Positions 47,442 to 60,951 of a stretch of 64,000 nt of DNA are shown in pieces. A program made the position numbers and the translations under genes. Each line of letters starts with the position of its first letter. The first letter of the stretch is position 1. The stretch is from contig OX597833.1 in assembly GCA_951406725.2 (NCBI GenBank), positions 71,920,001 through 71,984,000 on the forward strand. The letters are read 5' to 3'. A model generated the notes under the pieces. The model saw only the letters and a list, made by a program, of their open reading frames with translations. It was not told the DNA's origin and ran no database searches. The DNA comes from Octopus vulgaris (Eukaryota).

Positions 47442-50400
47442 ATCAAAATAAGCAACAAGGATATCCAGAGGTAATGCATTACCTGTGGATATCCTTGTTG
47501 CTTATTTTAATTCTAATCACCTTATTTTGAAATTGTATCGATAATACCGTACTAAATTCTGGTGCCTTAACTTAAGTACCATATTCATCTGAATCTAAAT
47601 TTTTACTGAACTCATATATATATATATGGCTATGCTTGAGTACGTATGGTACTAATATCTGTCTGCATTTTCTCTGTGGAATGGTCAACTTTGCAGTAAT
47701 TCCTTCCCAAATCAGACCGGGGGGTCAACCTGATCCCCCCACCCCACTCACAACTGCTTCATCTCCTCCTCCATCCAGGTTACACTGGACTGATGATGAC
47801 ATCTCAACATGGCTGAGCTCCGTTATGGGGACGGAATTGGTCGAAATGAGATTGCGAATGGGGAAGTAGTTTTATTTATGGCTTTGGCCCACGAGAAGAG
47901 GATTTTCAATGGACCTCTTCAGTTTTATGAAATGGTCGGTAAATTCCACAAAGTGCCCCAAATGTGGCTGTGTGGTAAGAAGCTGGCTTGCTGCCCACAT
48001 CGTTCTGGGTTCAATCCCACAGCATTACACCTTGTGAAAGTGTTTGTGTGTGTCTGCGTTTGTCTCACACCACAGTTTGACAACTGGTATTGGTGTGTTT
48101 ATATCCCTGTGACTTAGCGGTTTGGCAAAAGAGATCAACAGAATAGGTACCAGGCTTAAAAAGAACAAAAAAAAAAAGGAGGTCCTGGGGTTAATTCATT
48201 CAACTGAAATACTTCAAGGAGGTGCTCCAGCATGGCCACAGTCTAATGACTGAAACAAGTAAAAGGCGAAAGATAAAAGGTTGTATAAATGCATAAATGT
48301 GGCCTTCAGTCAAATGGGTCTATCAGACATCAAACGCCAACAGAACTAAACAAGGAAAGATTTATTGAGTAATATAGTTCTCAAAGGATGGCTATGGTTG
48401 GATTGTGTTTGATCATAGGTCTGTTCAATCAAGGTTGATTGGATGTTAGGGGACAACAACAACAGCAACATCTTAAGACTTCAGCCTCTTGTGGTGTCAT
48501 CACAGTGAAAAGTCTCATTTGATTCAATGACAGCCTCTTCGTTAATTAACTTTTAATGAAAATTCTGATTGAGTTAATTGAATTTTTCTTTTCTCTTTTC
48601 ATTCCAGTTGGTGGAAAAGGAAAACGTCAGAGGTGTTCTCTCAGCCAATGAAAATTTTGAAACAAAGCATTTTACACCATCAAAAGAGGTAGAATCCATC
48701 TCGGTGTTATAAAGACATCATCACCACCTCCACCACCATCATCATCATCGTTTAACATCCGTTTCCAATGCTGACATGGGTTGGGTGGTCTGACAGAGCT
48801 GCACCAGGTTCCAATCGTCTGGTCTGGCACAGTTTCTGTGGTTGGATGTCCTTCCTTATACCAACCACTTTATAGAATGTACAAAGGGTGCTTTTTCTGT
48901 GGTGACAGCATGGGAAAGTATCTATCATTATATAACGATATATCAGTATGTAAATCAATCAATCAATCAATCCATCTATCCATCCATCAATCCATCCATC
49001 AATCCGTCCGTCCATCCATCCATCCATCCATCCACAGGGTGCATAAGATATTTGAGGACAGGTTTATGTTTATAACAAAAAAACAGATATAATAACAGAT
49101 AATAACTTTATTTATCAAAAACTGCTATGAGGATAAAAATAAACCTTCTTTTCTATAATGTTATTCAATAAAGCCATCTTCAGCTCCAACAACTGCTTCT
49201 ATATGAGATCTAAATCATTTACATGCTTGAATCAAGTGGTCCTGGTTCATTTTGGACATTACTCAGACTATGGCAGCTCTCAAAGAAACTTTGGTTTCTA
49301 TAATGTTATTCAATAAAGCCATCTTCAGCTCCAACAACTGCTTCTATATGAGATCTAAATCAGTTCGATGGATTGAGATCTGGGGAATTAGGAGGCCAAA
49401 TGTTAGGGGTTATGTGATTTCCAGCCATTCATTTCTGTGTTACTAGAGTCATGTGTGATAGTGCAGAGTCTTACTGAAACACATATGGCCCTCCATTGCA
49501 TACACTGTCTATCTAGGGCTTGATTGTTTTCAGGAGGATCTCAATGTAGGCAGCAGAGTTAACTCTAAGGCTCACATAGATATATATCTTAACAGACCTG
49601 TTGACATGAAAAAGAGGCATCTATCTCCATGTAGAAAGTATTTACAAACACATAAATATATATCTAATATATGAAGCAGACCTGTAGACATTGGGAAATT
49701 TTTACAGAAATGAACCTGAACATACAGCTAGAGAAATAGAAAGCTGGAGAAGAATATAAAAAAATGAAAGTACCTTTAGAAATTCTTTTTATTAGAAACC
49801 ATCACAATTGTAATGATGTATACATACGTGTGTGCGTGTGTGATTGTGTGTGTAAATAGTCGGTTATTTAGTTACTACGTCAGAACACCAGACACAGGAA
49901 GTTGACATTGGCAAAACAGCTGAAATGAATCTTTCTGTTATATATAAAGCAATATTATTTATTTCCAATGTCAAATTGTTCACGTACCCCAAGTATGGTA
50001 CAGATTGATCCAGAGGTTTGGCCATGCACAGACAACACACACACACAGGCACCGCATTTTACATAGTAAGATAATGTATATTTTTAGTTGGTGCATTCTA
50101 CAATTAGAAAATAACTATAAAATGCAATTATAGAGAATAATTTTATTAACGCTTTTTCTCTCTCTCTTTCTTCCTCTCTCTTTCCTTCTCTTTCACCCTC
50201 CTTTATATATATATATATATATATGTTTCTTTCTAAGGAATGGAAGGATCTTGGTGTTGGTTTCCTTCAAGTGGAAGTTGAAGATTTCATTGGGACACCC
50301 AGCTTGTGGCAGGTCACTCAAGCCCTGGCTTTCATCAGCTATTATCAACAACTTGGTCAGTGTGTTTATGTCCATTGTAAAGCCGGGCGGACAAGAAGTG

Positions 50401-51016
50401 CCATCATTGTTGCTTGTTATCTGATGATGGTGAGGCCAACTCTACTCTTCCATTCTCTGCCATTTAATTAAAGGACAAAGGAATATTTTATTAAAAAAGT
50501 GTGAATATTTCATCTCATGCACGAAATAGAAATGTTTTATGAAACAATTTATAAATGATTCAATTAATGAAATACAAGATATTTAAATGTTATTAATGCT
50601 ATATAATATATATTTTATAATTGATATATAAATACTATACACATGATACAATATATTGTTATAAGAATTACATAAATATTTGGGATAGTAAAGGATGCAT
50701 GTGAAAAAGGCCTTGTAAATGCCATAGAATTTGGATGACATATAAATTATATATATATTATATACATATACACATACATATATAAACAAATGTATATGAG
50801 CATATCTATCTAAATGTCCTTCTGTGTGTGTGTGTGTGTGTTACGAATAATATATAAGTGACGTATGAATTCTGAAAATGCTTTGTAATATATAATATAA
50901 ATGATATAAGTATTACGGAGTTTATAATATACAAACGATATTACACTCTGACACGTGATATTAATGATAAATGAATTAACCAACAGATAAAGTAACCCTT
51001 ATAACTATAATCAAAC

Positions 51017-51068
<52 letters not shown>

Positions 51069-51416
51069 CCTGCAAGCTAATGAAATCCTTGTTTTGATTA
51101 GATTAACGAGAGCTGTACCTAAGACACGCTACCTAGTTACAACTAGTTATACTGATCCAACAAGAGTTAAATGTCTTGACCAAGGTTATTGTTGTGTTGC
51201 CAGTCCAATTCCTAACCAATGTCCTCTCTGTTTGGCTCCCTTTTTTTCATACCAAACATGTCTACGTATTTACAGAAGAACCAGTGGGATGACACGACCG
51301 CATGGAACCACATCCTCTCCAGATGCACCCATGTGCGACTGACCCAGCAACAGCAACAATTCCTTCACTTCTTCTACTTAACTGAGACCAGTATGCAGAA
51401 ACTAAGAACCAGATGA
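47134..51416 (+). CDS. PTPMT1: Mitochondrial phosphatidylglycerophosphatase / dual-specificity phosphatase PTPMT1, 4 coding exons, 193 aa
   Basis: Exons 47134-47301, 48608-48688, 50238-50429 and 51276-51416 (582 nt, all phase 0). Motifs [36 protein letters not shown] and P-loop [13 protein letters not shown]. An acceptor at ~47081 implies an upstream 5'UTR exon. AATAAA at ~51908. Confidence 0.92.
47445..47508. repeat. Near-perfect 64-bp palindrome beside (TA)n in PTPMT1 intron
   Basis: AAAATAAGCAACAAGGATATCCAGAGGTAATG|CATTACCTGTGGATATCCTTGTTGCTTATTTT, one mismatch. Confidence 0.9.
49034..49570 (-). mobile_element. Tc1/mariner transposase remnant with an internal ~67-bp direct duplication
   Basis: Minus strand reads [10 protein letters not shown] at ~49368-49398. 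ACAGGGTG TIR-like end at ~49034. Segment 49151-49217 is repeated at ~49296-49362. Confidence 0.65.
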
Positions 51417-52856
51417 TTCCCAACTCAGACAAGCTTCAACCTCCATTCAGTTTACAAGAAATAGCGACTCAACATATATTTATCGGCTGAAATCAATCCA
51501 ATATGAACTCTTCTGAAACCTTGGGTGTCCCTCCACAACAACTTATATTAAACTCACTTTAACAATTTGATCTCAACATACGGCTTTAGCTCAACGTACG
51601 ACAGCCACAATGCATCATAGAATGACTTCAACCCACAAGAACTACTTTAACTCAACATACAACAGCCTCAACCCAATATATAAAACAATCTCATCTTAAT
51701 TAATATGATCTCACTCCCCAGTTATTCTATAACGAACTCAACCCTTTTCATGAGCTCCCTTCAAAGTAAGATGGCCAGCACTCGGCCCAGCCTTCGTCTA
51801 TCAGCTGCCATTGTGTAAATTGTTGAATTATTCAAACTGAAGTAAATTGTTTAATGTTTACTTTGATTGTTGGTATTTTTATTTGGAAATATTTCTCTGT
51901 TTGTTGTAATAAAGGTTTCCAGTTTGGCACAAGGCCAGCATGTTCGGGTGGGAGAGGGGTAAGCCGATCGCATCACCCCCACCCCACATGCTCTGCTGGG
52001 GCATATTTTAGGTTTGTTGTAACAAGGGACTTTAAAAGCTAACTGATTAAAAGGGACAATTTTGTGATTGCATTAGTTATATTATCGAGCAAGGGACGTA
52101 ACTCAAATGTGAACGGTGAACCAACCTGGTCCAAGATTTTTTTTGACACATTTACTCTCTAACCACCCAAACAAAAGAAATAGGGCTCCTCACGGCAGTC
52201 AAAGGAACGTATTTATCAAATTATACTGTTACAGCCAGACTTGTTTTTATTCTTATTTAACCCCGAGATCAGTCCTGATCGAGGAGATTTGTGATTCAAA
52301 GCATTTAAGTTATTTTAAGGCATTGTCTATCTTGGACAACATTAAGCATTTTTGGTACAGTAGTGTGATACGATGGAGATTTGGCTTCTATTTTCAGCAG
52401 TCCAGGTGCTCATGGAGACATTTTCTTGTCTGGAAAAAAGCGGATTGCGGGGGTTTCGGAACAAGGGACATAACTCTAGCCGAGTGGCTATGCCTACTTT
52501 GTGAGGACAGTTCTCTGTATAGTAAAAAAGACCCTTTTGGGGTCAATAATCCCTTGTATCTGGTGTCTCTAAACCAATGGGAGAGAAAAAGAGAGTCCCT
52601 ATGTGACTTCTGATTCTGCTGGAAATAGCAGTCAATCACACCTTCCTATATTAAATAATGACACTGTAGGGGATGTTGTACATGAAGACCTTAGCTCTAA
52701 CCTACAAACAAACTCGTGACCCCACTAAAGCGTGCCTAATTAAAGCCTTGGTTGCTTATAATAACCTTTTTAAACATTTCCTGTCGAAGAGAAGACAATT
52801 GTCTGAAGACAAAGGTGAAGCCATACCTTGTGGAGCAAAAATCTTGAGGCAAAATA

Positions 52857-53911
52857 TTACAAATCGAGTGGATTTAAGCCAAATTCAAGAAGTAGTTTCT
52901 TATTTCTGGCCTGAATCATTACACCGTGTCCTTCGAAATGATCTCTTCCTGTATTGATTTGCACCACAAGGTTATCGAAAACTTGCTGGAATAAACAAAT
53001 AAAGAAATGTTTTTCATTTAAGGCGTAATAATAACAATAATAATAATAATAATAATCATAATAATAATAATGATCCTTTCTATGATAAAAGCAAAGCCTT
53101 AAATTTTTTTTGCAGGGGTGGGGTGAGTAGGTGGTTAGACAATTACATCGACCCCAGTACTCAACTAATGCTTATTTCAATGACCCTGGAAGGGCGAAAG
53201 GCAGAATTTGAACTCAGTGTAAAGACATGAAATGCCACTAAGTATTTTGTCTGGCATGCTAACGATTCTGCCAACTTGCTATCTTAATAATGATGATGAT
53301 AATATTGATAATAATAAAAATAATTTATTGTAACTATGAATATTTACTGTGACATAACCTTTTCAATCCAAACTTTAAAAAACTTTCTAGATAGAAATCT
53401 CAAATACAACCTCAGTTCAATCCGAACAGTAAAACCAAATGTATTATCTATAAACAGAAACACCAACCTTACACATAAAGAATATTCTGACCTGAATATG
53501 ACACATCTATTTACTCCTTTACTTCTTTACTTGACTGAAGCCAAAACAACAATACTATTCCTGTGTCATACCAAAATAAATCTCCTCACCATACATTTGT
53601 ATTATGTCATACCTACAAACACATATTTGCTTCTTATCCTTCTCTGTTCCACCTTCTTCCTCTACAACTATTTCCCCTGTTTACTTTCACTATACATATT
53701 AAAAAAAACCCCACCAAACACTGTATAAAGCCAGAAAGAACCACATTGAATCACCCCCTGATGAAGCCAAAACTTTGAAGTCAGTCAACCTTTCCCTTGA
53801 GCAACTCTGTTGAACAATACTGAGTTATCTGTCAGTATAATGTTAGATTGTTTCTATAAATAACATTAAATTAAACAATAATATACATAAATGTGTGTGA
53901 GTAATATATAC

Positions 53912-53954
<43 letters not shown>

Positions 53955-56199
53955 TACATATATACATGTGTGTGTGTGCATAGCAATGTATGTACACACA
54001 CACACACACACCAGCAATAGTCTTCTTTCTGTTTCTATCCAACAAATTCACTAACAAAGCTTTGGTTACTGAAGTAGAAGACCTTTATGCCAAAGACACT
54101 TGACCAAGGCACCACGCAGCTTGATTGAACCCCAAACCTCTAAAACCATGTGGTTGAGGAACAAATGTCTTAATCATGTGGCTAATGTGTGTGTATGTGT
54201 GTGTGTGTGTGTGTGTTGGCAGAGATTTTAAAATAGTAAACAGAATGTCTTGTAGAATTGGTTCCAGCTCTTGGCACTCAAAGTTCAAACAGTGCTGGGC
54301 TTAGTTTCGCATTTCGTCCCTCAGGGGACGCAGTAATGAACTAATCCAGGACTATTCTTCTCTCTTTCTCTTTCTCTTTTGAAAAACTCAGCCATGGTAA
54401 TATTTGGTCCCCATTCCTTTCAATACCAAACTCCACCCATCACTGTCCACGGTTCTATGAGACAAACTTTCTGTTTTTAGAATGATCGAAATTTAAATCT
54501 TACTTCAAAATTTCATGTGAATTCAGGTTCCAAACACCAGCCTAATAACGAGAAAGTTCTTTTACTAAATTCTTCCACATATTCAAATCAATAGAAATAA
54601 AGATGGTCGAGAGAACGTGGGTAACGAAAGGTTTGAAATGTCCAAGAGGTGCCATGTGCCATGATGGTGCCCCAACTGACTTGAAGAGAAGATCTCAACT
54701 GATATGAAGGAACATAACCTTTCCAAAAACATTAACAAAGGAGACTGTATGTGTTAGATAAAGCTTTAAGAAATAACAGCCAAATTTACTCAAATCACAC
54801 TTTACTGCCTCTGGGAAAAGACTACATTGGATAATTTTAATTTGAATGTATTATTTGTGGAAAAGACAGGATAATTATGGTTGGAATACTTCTAACCAAC
54901 AATTTTTTCAAATGCTTTTCTTTCCTTTTTCTCTACCAGAATAAATGGGATGACTTTTATTGGAGAAATTGTTTTGTTGTCTTCTTTCCAAATTGCATGG
55001 CCTCCATATTGTTAATGACTCAACAAAAAAGTGGGAAAAGATAAAAATTGATAAAAATTCAAATAAAAATGTAATTTTGGTAGAGAATTGTATGAAGTTG
55101 AATGAGATGTGTTCCAGGATGTCTGCCCAAACATTACGAAACTCTTTTAAGAATACATTGATATTTAATGAAGGACATACAACCATGAAATCCATTCTTT
55201 GACCCAGAGAAGATTTTTGGGGGCAGCTTTATGTGAAAAGAATATTGAGAAATAGGGACTTAATGTTGGTATAACACTGAGTAGAAACTGATTGTTTAAT
55301 TTGAAGAGAAAATTGAAGATAAGAAACAGTTTAATGTTAGTAAAATATTAAAAAATAAGAGTTAGTTTATTATTAGAAAAATCCCGAGAAACAAATGGTA
55401 AAATTAATGACGACAGAAGAATATGACAGGGGTCAGGTTAATGTTAGTTGGGGGCTGAAAATATAGCAGCATGTTAATTAAAAAAGGAAACTGAGAATCA
55501 AGGATCAGGCACATGAGCCCTTACATGAATTATTTTTTCATAGAAACTCTGAATTGAATTTTGCTTGTGGTGAAGAAGATCGATTTCTTTCTGTTTTTCT
55601 TTAAGATGTTGCATCGTTTCTGCTCGTGTACTCAACAGCTTTGCTTCTGTTTCACCTGCGAAAAACAGTCTTCAATTTTGAATTTTACTGTTACTTCGTT
55701 TTATCAATTATTTGTTTGTCTGTCTGTCTGTCTGTCTGTTTGCCTGCCAGCTTGCCTGTCTGTCCGTCTGTCCCTCTGTCCATCTCTCTGGCTGGCCGGC
55801 ATTTTCTCTGTCCGTCTGTTCGATTTACCAACAAACTGTTTGTCACTTGATTTCTAAAACTCTGGCCAAAAGAACCTGAATCTTCCAGACTTTTATTAAC
55901 TTTCATTTGTCTTTTCTGTGTCTGTGACCGTCCACGATTTAGTGGCTCAGTGGTCAGTGTGTTGCACTCGCAATTGCAAGGTTCTGGGTTTGATTCCCAG
56001 ACCAGACAGAGTGTTGTGTTCATTTCATGTTGCTCCAATCCATCCAGCTATGATGGACTGGAGTTCCATTCCTGGGGGATGTTGGCCTGTTTGTCTGCCT
56101 TATCAGCTGCAGGACATCATTCAAAAGCTACAACAATATGTGGAAGTGCATTGTGAGTAGTGGTGTATAACAACATCTGATAGTCTGGCAATTACAGCG

Positions 56200-56233
<34 letters not shown>

Positions 56234-56637
56234 ATACACACACATATAAATATGTATATACATATGTCATAGGCAGAGAAGTGGCTGTGTGGTAAGAAAC
56301 TTGCTTCCCAACCACATGGTTCTGGGTTCAGTTCCACTGCATGGCACCTTGGACATGCAGTGGGCATGCTGACCAAAGCCATGTCAGTGGATTTGGTAGA
56401 CAGAAGCTGAGAAAAGCCTGTCGTGTATATATATATCATCATCATGCAAATTCGTGAAGCGTTCCATATTTTTTGGGCGCAGGAGTGGCTGTGTGGTAAG
56501 TAACTTGCTTACCAACCACATGGTTCCAGGTTCAGTCTCACTGCGTGGAACCTTGGGCAAGTGTCTTCTACTATAGCCTTGGGCCGACCAAAGCCTTGTG
56601 AGTGGATTTGGTAGATGGAAACTGAAAGAAACCCGTC

Positions 56638-56673
<36 letters not shown>

Positions 56674-58532
56674 GTATGTGTGTGTGTATATGTTTGTGTT
56701 TCTGTGTTTGTTCCCCCAACATTGCTTGACAACCGATGCTGGTGTGTTTACATCCCCATAACTTAGTGGTTCGGCAAAACTGACTGATAGAATAAGTACT
56801 AGGCTTACAAAGAATAAGTCCTGGGGTTGATTTGCTCGACTAAAGGCGGTGCTCCAGCATGGCCACAGTCAAATGACTGAAACAAGTAAAAGAGCAAAGG
56901 AATAAAAGAACATATACATACATATATCCTCATCATCATCATCGTTTAACATCTGCCTTTCATGCTGTGTGTATAGAAACACTAGCTTAATACAAACGAA
57001 ATAATTTTACTAAATTTTTCATTGTTTTTGAAATTAATTCAAAGTCTGTATCAAGAGAAATATGGCAACAAAAGTTAACCATTTGAAGAAGCCAATCAAT
57101 TCTGTTTCAGAAAACCAAAACAAAACTAAATTCAACCTAGGAATACTTACGTAACTTTTGCTTACAACAAGCCAGTTTGGTTTCCAGAAGGTGTACCTTC
57201 ACACTCATTTCTGATTCCATTGTCTTGTACTGTCGTTTCATTTCTAGGAAGAGATATCAGACCAAATACATTAAAGCTAGGCACCTGTTATCGGGAATGT
57301 TGTCAGAATGCAATCCCTGTTCTCTGTTGGTCGATCAACGAGGTCAGGGCTTTGTGGATTATTACATTCTTAAGTGGATTAACAGGGAATGTGAGTAGTA
57401 ACATAATCAAAGACGTTTTAGGAATTAATAAAGATCGAATGAACAGAATACTCCAGAAGCTGTTCACTCTGAAGACTTTGCACAGTTCTAGAAACATCTG
57501 ACCTGAAAGCGCTACCAGGAAGTATTACTGTTTCAGGATAAACTCCAGAGGTGTAAAAGTGCCATTAGTTTGGCATGTCCAAGACATGCTCAAACTGATG
57601 AAGTCAAATGGGAAAAAATTACATATAAGCAAGCAAAAACAGACATTTATACCAGACAGAAAAGAGAAATGATGATTTCACAAACACAACTAACAATGAA
57701 GACTGCAGCAAAGGCACAAAATTTGCTAAAGTTGTTAATGAAACAGAAATTCTTTTGAATATAAGTCATCTCTAACAAATAACAGATTGTGGCATTGGGG
57801 TCTGTTGACAGAGCAAAGAGAAAAAGGGACATACATCTACGTATCAAAAAGAATAAGGATTTTCAACAGATCCTCAAAGGAGACATCAAAAGAAATGAAT
57901 GAAATATTGTGGGGCTTCTCTGACCAAGGGTGTACAATTTTTTAAGTGATTTATAAAACCATCAAATCTCAGAGAATGAGTCTGTAAGAGAAGAAAATGA
58001 AGTGAAGAACATCGGAAGCAAGAAACCAAAATAAAAGGTGACCCCTATTTGTAGAGAAGCAATTACTATTTCAACATTCTCCTATGTCACCACCCTGATC
58101 CCTAAATACATACAATTGACTCCAAACAATAGAATAATGAAGAGACAACACTTACCCTCTGAAACTGACTTGTAATCCCCTTTCTGTGTCTCCAGTTCGG
58201 CCCTCAACATGTTCAGCCGTTTGTGACAGTCTGACCTGTTTGCCACACTCTTTACAAGCAGCGAATGGCGTTGGGCTGGAATTCAACAAATTTACTGGGT
58301 TTAATTCGCATCATATACATGTGGGTGTGTAGGTGTGGGTGTCCCCTTTTGTGTATATATATACGCAGGAGTGGCTGTGTGGTAAGTAGCTTGCTAACCA
58401 ACCACATGGTTCCGGGTTCAGTCCCACTGCATGGCATCTTGGGCAAGTGTCTTCTGCTATAGCCTTGGGCCGACTAATGCCTTGTGAGTGGATTTGGTAG
58501 ACGGAAACTGAAAGAAGCCTGTCGTATATATG

Positions 58533-58563
<31 letters not shown>

Positions 58564-58964
58564 CTGTGTTTGTCCCCCTAGCATTGCTTGACAACTGATG
58601 CTGGTGTGTTTATGTCGCCATCACTTAGTGGTTTGGCAAAAGAGACCGATAGAATAAGTACTGGGCTTACAAAGAATAAGTCCAGGGGTCGATTTGCTCG
58701 ACTAAAGGCGGTGCTCCAGCATGGCCGCAGTCAAATGACTGAAACAAGTAACAGAGTAAAAGAACAAAAGAGTATATATATATATATTTCACAAATCACC
58801 ATTTGAGTAAAACAGTGATGGAGATGTTCACATTGGTGGTTGCCATGACAACTGGTTGCTTGGTTCTTTTAAAGAAGTGACGGAATAAAAAAGAAACAAA
58901 ACAAATATCTCTCATTCTCAAAAACTGGAGAAAGATGGTGAAAGGAAGGGAGTGGAAAGAGGTA

Positions 58965-59004
<40 letters not shown>

Positions 59005-59877
59005 TTGAAAGTGTGTATACACATGCACACACACACACACACACTCTCCATTTCCAACTTTTACCAAAGTATAAATGTTAAAATTCTTACCAAGATATTC
59101 TTTCAAATTATTCAGTTCCACAATTGAGTTCTGGAATTTCTCCTCCTTTTGTCTGTCTTCATAAGCTTGCATGTCTAGTACTACAACAACAACAATAAAA
59201 CCAACCATAATATTTTTCATTGTGAAAACTGGGAAAAAAAGAGAAAAATCTGGATTTCTCTTTTTTAAACCATTAGTGCAAGGACAATGAGACTTAAACC
59301 AGCAAATCCCCTAATCCCAGGGAATGTCCTAAGGGGATCTCTTTTTTTAAGGGCTGCCTAATTGGGGCCACACTGACTCCACTATTTTTACTGCTAAATA
59401 CATGGCACTGGCGACCAAGTCGGAGCAATGACAATGAATTTCATACCACAAACTCCCAGGGAGTATCTTAAGGGGGCTCAATTTCTGAAGGGCCGCTTAA
59501 TTGGGGGCCACACTGACCCCCACCCTCTATTTTTACTGCATTTGCCTCGCCCCTACGCTTATTGATCAGCATCATTTTTTAACACATTTGCAGAAATAAG
59601 TTCAGCCATTCTAAATTTCTTCCCCTACATTCAAATGGAGATAAAGGGTTCTAACAGGTACGTTTCAAGTGTGGTAGGGTGGATGTTTATATTTTGGAGT
59701 TTATGAAACTTATGTCTAAGATATATATATATATATACACACACATATGCGTATATATGCTTTCCAACCTCATGCTTCCGGGTTCAGTTCCACAGTGTGT
59801 CACTTTGGGTGTTTTCTACCATAACTGAGTAAAGCCTTGCAAATGGATTTGGTAAATAGAAACTGAAAGAAGCCTGT

Positions 59878-59922
<45 letters not shown>

Positions 59923-60701
59923 AATTAATAACTAAAACATATGCATATATACATACATATATGTACGTACCTACCTCTGCATGTATATATACATGCATAT
60001 ATGGGTACAGGACACCAAAAAAACGTCAAACACAATGAGAAACGAAAACATAAACACAAAACCAAGGAACTGGACATGTATATAAATGTATATGTATGTA
60101 TATGTATATAAATGTATATGTATGTGTGTGTGTGTGTATTCACTTGTCACTTATGGATGAGGAAAGGAGTACTCAATCCATGTGCAAAAGTATGTTGGTT
60201 TTTAATACTCATCCCCTTCGTCACGAGACGAAATCAACTGCTGGAATAAAAGCCACGATGCTGTAATGGGAACAACGCCAAAGCAAGAACACCAGAAAGC
60301 AACCAACAGAAGAAGCAAGAGACGGGGGCGGGGGACAGGCAGACACTGATCGGTGAGAAAGAAGAGGCGTTTGTCTTGCTCGAAATAGCAGCCAAATCTC
60401 CCTCAAATTTCGGTCAATAGTTTTAAAACTAGAAGGTCTCTCTGAATAATGTAATCCTAGATACACTTATGCGTGAGGGTATGATGGGATTGTTATTATT
60501 TACTCCCAGATCCGCTAAAAAGGGCTGACCTGGAAACAACAACGACAACAACAAGGGCAATGAAAACATCAGCAACAACAACAACACGAAGACGACGACG
60601 ACAATAGCAACATAATGTAACGTCAAAAAATAAAATGGAGTCAAACCATTTTTTTTGCTAGGTTTTTTGGCCATTTTTGGAGCTTTCTTCTTGGTCGACA
60701 T
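52857..60701 (-). CDS. DRC12: Dynein regulatory complex protein 12 / CCDC153 homolog, copy B, 6 exons, 203 aa
   Basis: Minus-strand exons 60701-60647, 59174-59091, 58275-58156, 57243-57151, 55655-55525 and 52985-52857 (612 nt). Same exon sizes as copy A except exon 2 (+15 nt). [13 protein letters not shown] and [11 protein letters not shown]; no in-frame stops. Confidence 0.82.
53340..53860 (+). mobile_element. Degenerate Penelope-like element 3' end
   Basis: [17 protein letters not shown] resembles the LxTxxPxGLN tail of PLE GIY-YIG domains. A CTGATGA remnant sits at ~53758, next to (TA)n. Confidence 0.4.
58839..58852. promoter_or_regulatory. Intronic RFX X-box (DRC12-B intron 2)
   Basis: GTTGCCATGACAAC, one mismatch from the GTTGCCATGGCAAC palindrome. 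Confidence 0.55.
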
Positions 60702-60751
60702 TTTCAGTTGGTGTGTGTGTGTCTTTGTGAACGTGTGTGTGTGTCTATATC

Positions 60752-60800
<49 letters not shown>

Positions 60801-60918
60801 ATGAGTGTGTGCGTGTGTGTGTGTGTGTGTGTGTGATACTCTATTTCATGTGTGTTCGTTCAGAGACTGTTTTGTAGATTCTATTAAAAGCTTTGAGCTT
60901 CCTCTGGTCTTTTTCCGT

Positions 60919-60951
60919 GTCACTAAACAACGATGACCGTTGCCTAGCAAC
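60919..60951 (-). promoter_or_regulatory. RFX X-box plus forkhead site in the DRC12-B promoter
   Basis: GTTGCCTAGCAAC (60939-60951) and GTCACTAAACAAC (60919-60931). Confidence 0.72.

Noticed and set aside
55940-56005. tRNA gene
   Set aside because: A/B-box-like head without a closable cloverleaf; a decayed tRNA-derived SINE head.
52857-60701. DRC12 copy B as a mis-assembled haplotype of copy A
   Set aside because: About half the residues differ, introns do not align and TE insertions differ, far beyond allelic divergence.
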